Below, piece by piece: positions 60,601 to 62,000 of a stretch of DNA of 62,000 nucleotides. Position numbers and translations under genes: made by a program. The DNA is taken from positions 2,799,757 to 2,861,756 of the forward strand of contig MU054187.1 in assembly GCA_013239625.1 (NCBI GenBank), written 5' to 3'. The DNA comes from Lama guanicoe. Taxonomy: Eukaryota. Below the pieces are notes generated by a model. That model saw nothing but the letters and a program-made list of their open reading frames with translations. It searched no databases and was not told where the DNA came from. Each line of letters begins with the position of its first letter. Position 1 is the first letter of the stretch.

Positions 60601-61154
60601 GAAAGTCGTGGTTCACGGAGGCCGGGGGTGCCCTGGGACCACACGGCTGCCCGCCTGGCCACCTCGTAGACTGTTACGGGCAGGAGGCTGGGCGAGAGCA
60701 GAGCCGCAGGCCGGGAGCCTTCGTGTTCGGTGTAGTTGCTACACTGCGCGCTGCTCCAGGGGGGGAGGTAGAACTCCAGGGGAGAAAAAAGCGTGGCCAG
60801 AAATACACTTTTTAAAGACATTAAAAAGGAGCGGTCTGCCCGCTTTTCTCTCCTCGTCACCCGTTTTGACGCTGACCGTAGTAACGTGTCTCTTCTGAAG
60901 ACCTGCGCTGCTCTGCAAGCCCTGGGCTGTCGCTGCAGCCCTCGCCGGCCGCGCGGGGCTCACGCCCGCCCTGTGGGGTTTTTCTGTCTCCTGCACCAGG
61001 TCGATACGTTTCAAGTAGAAGCAGTGTCGCTGGGAAAACTGCAGAAGGTGCTGTTGCGCTGCGAGGCCGGTGACAAGTCGCAGTACTGGTACTGCGACAA
61101 GGTGGTCGTCAGGGAGCCGGGCACCATGTCCGAGTCCGTCTTCACCTGCGAGAG
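3168..61154 (+). CDS. RP1: Multi-exon gene, internal portion (19 coding exons, 2449 nt spliced, ~816 aa): PLAT1-PLAT2-FGF-like1-FGF-like2-linker-PLAT3-PLAT4(partial); probable long PLAT-containing RP1 isoform
   Basis: Seen: 19 AG..GT exons with compatible phases and no in-frame stop; PLAT/LH2 motifs (WxVxVxTG/S..AGT...V.I.LYG..G, GHD, W.L..V, C.RWL....DG.I.REL). Gene name is from recalled similarity to the downstream exons of the long RP1 transcript, not from a search. Both ends are open. Confidence 0.75.
4290..6475 (-). mobile_element. LINE-1 ORF2 fragment, decayed, with a CT-rich interruption at ~5640-5860
   Basis: ORF 4637..4888(-) encodes [31 protein letters not shown]...[14 protein letters not shown], which is L1 reverse transcriptase. 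Confidence 0.9.
6543..6629 (+). CDS. RP1: Exon B (87 nt, 0-0), PLAT1: [29 protein letters not shown]
   Basis: ccctttatag|ATC ... GAG|gtaaag; PLAT D(I/L)G.L.KIR.GH.N.G..P.W motif; too short for the ORF track. Confidence 0.92.
9177..9309 (+). CDS. RP1: Exon C (133 nt, 0-1), PLAT1 C-part: [44 protein letters not shown]
   Basis: gctgttatag|ATA ... CCAG|gtaggg; RW.....DG.I.REL motif. Confidence 0.92.
10240..10615. promoter_or_regulatory. Intronic CpG-island-like element with GC boxes
   Basis: Abrupt very GC- and CpG-rich stretch in an AT-rich intron; GGGGCGGGGCGG at ~10529-10540; function inferred. Confidence 0.55.
10886..10976 (+). mobile_element. tRNA-Ala-derived short SINE (camelid Vic-1 type) with 15-bp target-site duplication
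   Basis: GGGGAGGG..AACTCAGTGGTAGAGTGCATGCTTAGCATGCACAAGGTCCTGGGTTCAATCCCCAATACCTCCA plus A-rich tail; pol III A and B boxes; AAGCTTATTTTTCTT at 10871-10885 and 10977-10991. Confidence 0.88.
11002..11153 (+). CDS. RP1: Exon D (152 nt, 1-0), PLAT2 N-part: [51 protein letters not shown]
   Basis: tttgtcatcag|TG ... CAA|gtaagt; Y.V.V.TG...AGT.ANVYI...G..GDTG motif. Confidence 0.95.
11185..11615 (-). mobile_element. L1M 3' end fragment split by a Tigger insertion
   Basis: aaatttgccatcttaac...ttttaagtgcacagtt...attcacattgttgtacaa...caaaactgaaact are typical antisense L1MA/MB 3' UTR motifs. Confidence 0.7.
11225..11441. mobile_element. Tigger2-family non-autonomous DNA transposon (MITE)
   Basis: Terminal inverted repeats cagctgatcattgaacaac / gttgttcaagggtcaactc flanked by TA at 11223-11224 and 11442-11443. 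Confidence 0.8.
11728..11806 (+). CDS. RP1: Exon E (79 nt, 0-1), PLAT2: [26 protein letters not shown]
   Basis: tttgctacag|ATT ... CCAG|gtaaga; D.F..EAV.LG.L.KI.IGHD motif. Confidence 0.93.
13193..13400 (+). mobile_element. MIR SINE
   Basis: Core ttgagcaaatcacttaccttctctgtgcttcagct..ctgtaaaatgaga. Confidence 0.75.
14858..17000 (+). mobile_element. LINE-1 (L1MA-type) ORF2 3' half plus 3' UTR, decayed, sense to the gene
   Basis: RT motif ctatttgcagatgac (LFADD) at ~14973; ORF2 peptides [18 protein letters not shown] and [13 protein letters not shown]; ends caattacatctcaaaaaagttggaaaaaaa. Confidence 0.92.
17798..18124 (+). mobile_element. MaLR solo LTR (MLT1A-like)
   Basis: tg..ctgaatgtttgtgtcctccc..ttcatgttga..ccta; gctggcaccctgatc; ttctgttgtttgtaagctaccc..tattttcttacagc..ca. 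Confidence 0.8.
19898..19973 (+). CDS. RP1: Exon F (76 nt, 1-2), PLAT2: [26 protein letters not shown]
   Basis: tgtgtttag|GA ... CACAG|gtttgt; GWFL..V.I....T...Y.F.C.R motif. Confidence 0.93.
20817..20893 (+). CDS. RP1: Exon G (77 nt, 2-1), PLAT2 end: [25 protein letters not shown]
   Basis: ttctttccacag|G ... GCAC|gtgagt; WL....DGKIVREL motif. Confidence 0.93.
20995..21026 (+). CDS. RP1: Exon H (32-nt microexon, 1-0): [11 protein letters not shown]
   Basis: Strong polypyrimidine tract ctctcttttccttcctatcctcag|GG, donor ATG|gtaaga; needed to join phase-1 exon G to phase-0 exon I. Confidence 0.82.
21158..21287 (+). CDS. RP1: Exon I (130 nt, 0-1), FGF-like domain 1, part 1: [43 protein letters not shown]
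   Basis: tttttctatttag|TGG ... CACA|gtgagt; [20 protein letters not shown] versus FGF2 FLRIHPDGRVDGVREKSDPH; this frame is not in the ORF track. Confidence 0.9.
22753..22848. repeat. (GAGACA)n/(GA)n simple repeat
   Basis: Directly visible hexamer tandem array. Confidence 0.95.
24097..25485 (-). mobile_element. Cluster of nested or adjacent antisense LINE-1 3' ends
   Basis: ORF 24471..24665(-) [45 protein letters not shown] is the L1 ORF2 C-terminus; several T-rich starts followed by L1 3' UTR motifs. Confidence 0.9.
25505..25620 (-). mobile_element. L2 3' fragment
   Basis: atatttcttgagcacctgctatgt..aggcactgttctaagtgctgg..ctgtgccctc..aagcttac. Confidence 0.7.
26112..26215 (+). CDS. RP1: Exon J (104 nt, 1-0), FGF-like domain 1, part 2: [35 protein letters not shown]
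   Basis: acattttatag|GT ... ATG|gtatgt; open frame, phases fit exons I and K. Confidence 0.87.
27048..27224 (+). CDS. RP1: Exon K (177 nt, 0-0), FGF-like domain 1, part 3: [59 protein letters not shown]
   Basis: ccccttgttcttttag|GCC ... AAG|gtaacg; overlaps ORF 27072..27263. Confidence 0.88.
27312..27325 (+). promoter_or_regulatory. Candidate CTCF core motif
   Basis: CCACCAGGTGGCGC matches the CTCF core consensus CCACYAGRKGGCRS; binding not shown. Confidence 0.45.
27710..27950 (-). mobile_element. MIR SINE
   Basis: gtgccaggcactttact...cagagaagttaag...ggctagtaagtgatgg antisense MIR motifs. Confidence 0.6.
28290..28850. mobile_element. MER21-like LTR
   Basis: cacttctgacactaac, gaccacc...aattgactagaatgactcagaactc, ggatgcagattaaa, gcatggagtattgccaacaggga resemble the recalled MER21 consensus. 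Confidence 0.7.
29639..29851 (+). CDS. RP1: Exon L (213 nt, 0-0), FGF-like domain 2, parts 1-2: [71 protein letters not shown]
   Basis: tttgttgccccgaag|GGT (AAG acceptor) ... ACG|gtaagc; L.L.PDG...G trefoil motif; in ORF 29621..29929. Confidence 0.87.
33210..33387 (+). CDS. RP1: Exon M (178 nt, 0-1), FGF-like domain 2, part 3: [59 protein letters not shown]
   Basis: tgatcgtag|GGC ... AAGT|gtacgt; DC.F and FVGL..DGQ align to FGF2 DECFF and YVALKRTGQ. Confidence 0.87.
33618..33641. repeat. (TG)n microsatellite
   Basis: Directly visible. Confidence 0.9.
37028..37526 (+). mobile_element. Young 5'-truncated LINE-1 with poly(A) tail and 17-bp target-site duplication
   Basis: Intact ORF2 end [19 protein letters not shown]...CGI*; AAGAGCCACAAGTTAGA (37011-37027) and AAGAGCCACAAGCTAGA (37527-37543). 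Confidence 0.95.
38448..38579 (+). CDS. RP1: Exon N (132 nt, 1-1), low-complexity linker: [44 protein letters not shown]
   Basis: ttcttaatttcag|TT ... GCAG|gttagg; open in the frame required by exons M and O; no domain motif supports it. Confidence 0.72.
39640..39800 (-). mobile_element. L1MA 3' end fragment
   Basis: T-run then tttaaagtgcacagcatg..agctaacacctccatcac..gatctagtctcttagcaagttt. Confidence 0.65.
42832..43031 (+). CDS. RP1: Exon O (200 nt, 1-0), PLAT3 N-part: [67 protein letters not shown]
   Basis: ctttaccccacag|GA ... CGG|gtgagc; W.V.V.TG..GT.A.V.L.VYG..G and F..GQ.D.F motifs; this frame is not in the ORF track. Confidence 0.9.
44130..44315. mobile_element. MER5-type hAT-Charlie relic
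   Basis: cacattggaatcacctgggagctt...ccccaggtgattctgaagtgcagccagggttgagaa. Confidence 0.75.
44515..44690 (+). mobile_element. MIR SINE
   Basis: ggttaagaacagaggtcttggagt..ctgtgaccttgagcaaattgcttatcctc. Confidence 0.7.
44925..45030. mobile_element. MER5A fragment; probable remainder at ~47070-47096 beyond the L1
   Basis: gggagcctgttaga..ccagacc..ctgaatcagagtctgcattttaacaag; continuation cactaatgtttgagaagcgctg after the L1. Confidence 0.6.
45046..47070 (-). mobile_element. LINE-1 ORF2 3' portion plus 3' UTR, antisense
   Basis: ORFs 45856..46074(-) [39 protein letters not shown] and 45636..45899(-) [15 protein letters not shown] are L1 ORF2. Confidence 0.95.
45531..45648. repeat. Compound (TGCC)n(TCTA)n tetranucleotide microsatellite inside the L1
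   Basis: Directly visible. Confidence 0.95.
47249..47677. repeat. ~430-bp polypyrimidine (CCTT/CCCT)n tract with (TTCG)n blocks
   Basis: Directly visible; produces the spurious [11 protein letters not shown] on the - strand. Confidence 0.97.
47700..47900 (+). mobile_element. MIR SINE
   Basis: tcagacaggcttgggtttgaat..gacaaattacttaaccc..cagggttgctgtg..gcatgtcaagcactca. Confidence 0.65.
49558..49632 (+). CDS. RP1: Exon P (75 nt, 0-0), PLAT3: [25 protein letters not shown]
   Basis: Long polypyrimidine tract tttccttcag|GTC ... AGG|gtaatg; [10 protein letters not shown] motif. Confidence 0.9.
55781..55957. mobile_element. MER20 (hAT-Charlie) relic
   Basis: cactgtggacttttggggctgg..gcattgtaggatgtgtagc..cctggcccctacccac..aaatgtctctagacgttgcc. 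Confidence 0.75.
56213..56271. repeat. 25-bp tandem duplication (~2.3 copies) of GAAGGACCTG(C/A)TGGAGTTTTAGGTA
   Basis: Directly visible, one mismatch between units. Confidence 0.9.
57270..57480 (-). mobile_element. MIR SINE
   Basis: aaagctttgcacatt..atctcatctaatcttcacaac..ggacccag..tgactccagacccagtgctctttt. Confidence 0.65.
58655..58787 (+). CDS. RP1: Exon Q (133 nt, 0-1), PLAT3 end: [44 protein letters not shown]
   Basis: ttctaatctcag|GTG ... CCAC|gtgcgt; same size and phase as exon C and aligns to it. Confidence 0.9.
59465..59616 (+). CDS. RP1: Exon R (152 nt, 1-0), PLAT4 N-part: [51 protein letters not shown]
   Basis: ctttgctttgccag|TG ... CAG|gtgcgc; same size and phase as exon [11 protein letters not shown] motif. 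Confidence 0.93.
61000..61154 (+). CDS. RP1: Exon S (155 nt, 0-2), PLAT4: [52 protein letters not shown]
   Basis: tctcctgcaccag|GTC ... GAGAG|gtatgc; equals exons E+F (79+76 nt) fused. Confidence 0.93.
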
Positions 61155-61179
61155 GTATGCGGGTCCCTGAGCGCTGCGA

Positions 61180-61223
61180 TGTGCGTGTGCGTGCATGTGC
61201 GTGTGTGTGTGTGTGTGTGTGTG
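61180..61223. repeat. (TGCG)n/(TG)n microsatellite just downstream of the exon S donor
   Basis: Directly visible. Confidence 0.9.
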
Positions 61224-62000
61224 CGGGTTTTATGTCATTTCCTGACTTCCTCATTCTGCACCACCCACTGAGAGTTTAAGTAAATAATCTATTGCTAAGC
61301 ATTAGAAGGGAATCTTACCTTGTAGCTTTTGATTATTTCAACGTGCTATGTGTCACAGAAGGATAAAAAGTTTACCCCTGAAATGACTGCATCAATTGTG
61401 AGAATGTTTGTTAAAATGTTGGTTTCTTGACGTTACTAAAATTGTAGTGTTCTAAGAATTTCATACCTGAATTAAGCAAGGAGAATTTTAGGGAGAAGCC
61501 TCAGAACAGAATGTAAAGAAAGACACAGATGGAAACCTAGAAAACACGAGTTTTCCCTTGAGCCTCAGAAGGAGAAGGCAGGAAGCAACTCCCTCCATCC
61601 CTGACCTGACCCTAAAGCCTTCAGGCTAAGCCTCGCCCTCCAGATCCCTGCTGCGCCCTGTTTTCTCAAGAACACCCGGCTTCAGCTGCCGGGGGAGGGG
61701 CTGGGCTCCAGAGGGGGTTGAATAAGGACAGGTTTCTTCGTGGAAACCCGCTCTCGTGTGGACACGGGGCGTGCAGTCTTGGGCTCTGTTTTGAGGTTTT
61801 GGATCTTCAGTGTTGGGGCTGCCTTACAGCCTTTCCAAACAGATGATCAACAGGAAATGAAGCCAAAACAAAAACCAAAAAGCGGGCACATACGGGGCTT
61901 TGGAAAATTCAAGGGGACGGGTTTGGAGATGCCAAAGCCACTACATCTCTGACTGTACTTCAGTTAAAAACAAAAGCCTTACCCCAGCAGTATTAGACAT

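Noticed and set aside
3168..61154. LOXHD1, PKD1-like or lipoxygenase gene
   Set aside because: LOXHD1 is essentially all PLAT repeats with no FGF-like insert; there is no lipoxygenase catalytic or polycystin transmembrane region here.

Overview
Mammalian genomic DNA, most likely camelid (inferred from a tRNA-Ala-derived Vic-1-type SINE and a young camelid-type L1 3' end). The whole window lies inside one + strand gene. I reconstructed 19 internal coding exons (3168-61154) by hand. All are flanked by AG/GT, all phases are compatible, and they splice to 2449 nt (about 816 aa) with no stop codon. The start and stop codons lie outside the window. The domain order is PLAT-PLAT-[FGF-like beta-trefoil]x2-linker-PLAT-PLAT(partial). 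From memory this matches the downstream exons of the long RP1 isoform (often auto-annotated 'LOXHD1-like'); no RP1 doublecortin exon is in the window, so the gene name is not confirmed here. The most notable signal is the pair of FGF-like domains. The first resembles the FGF2 sequence and also keeps the canonical FGF intron positions, including a 104-nt phase 1/0 middle exon. Introns hold L1, MIR, L2, MaLR/MER21 LTRs, DNA-transposon relics, microsatellites, an intronic CpG island, and a SINE inserted into a splice-acceptor polypyrimidine tract. Most ORFs in the supplied track are spurious or L1-derived. Repeat family names and boundaries are approximate, from recalled consensus sequences.
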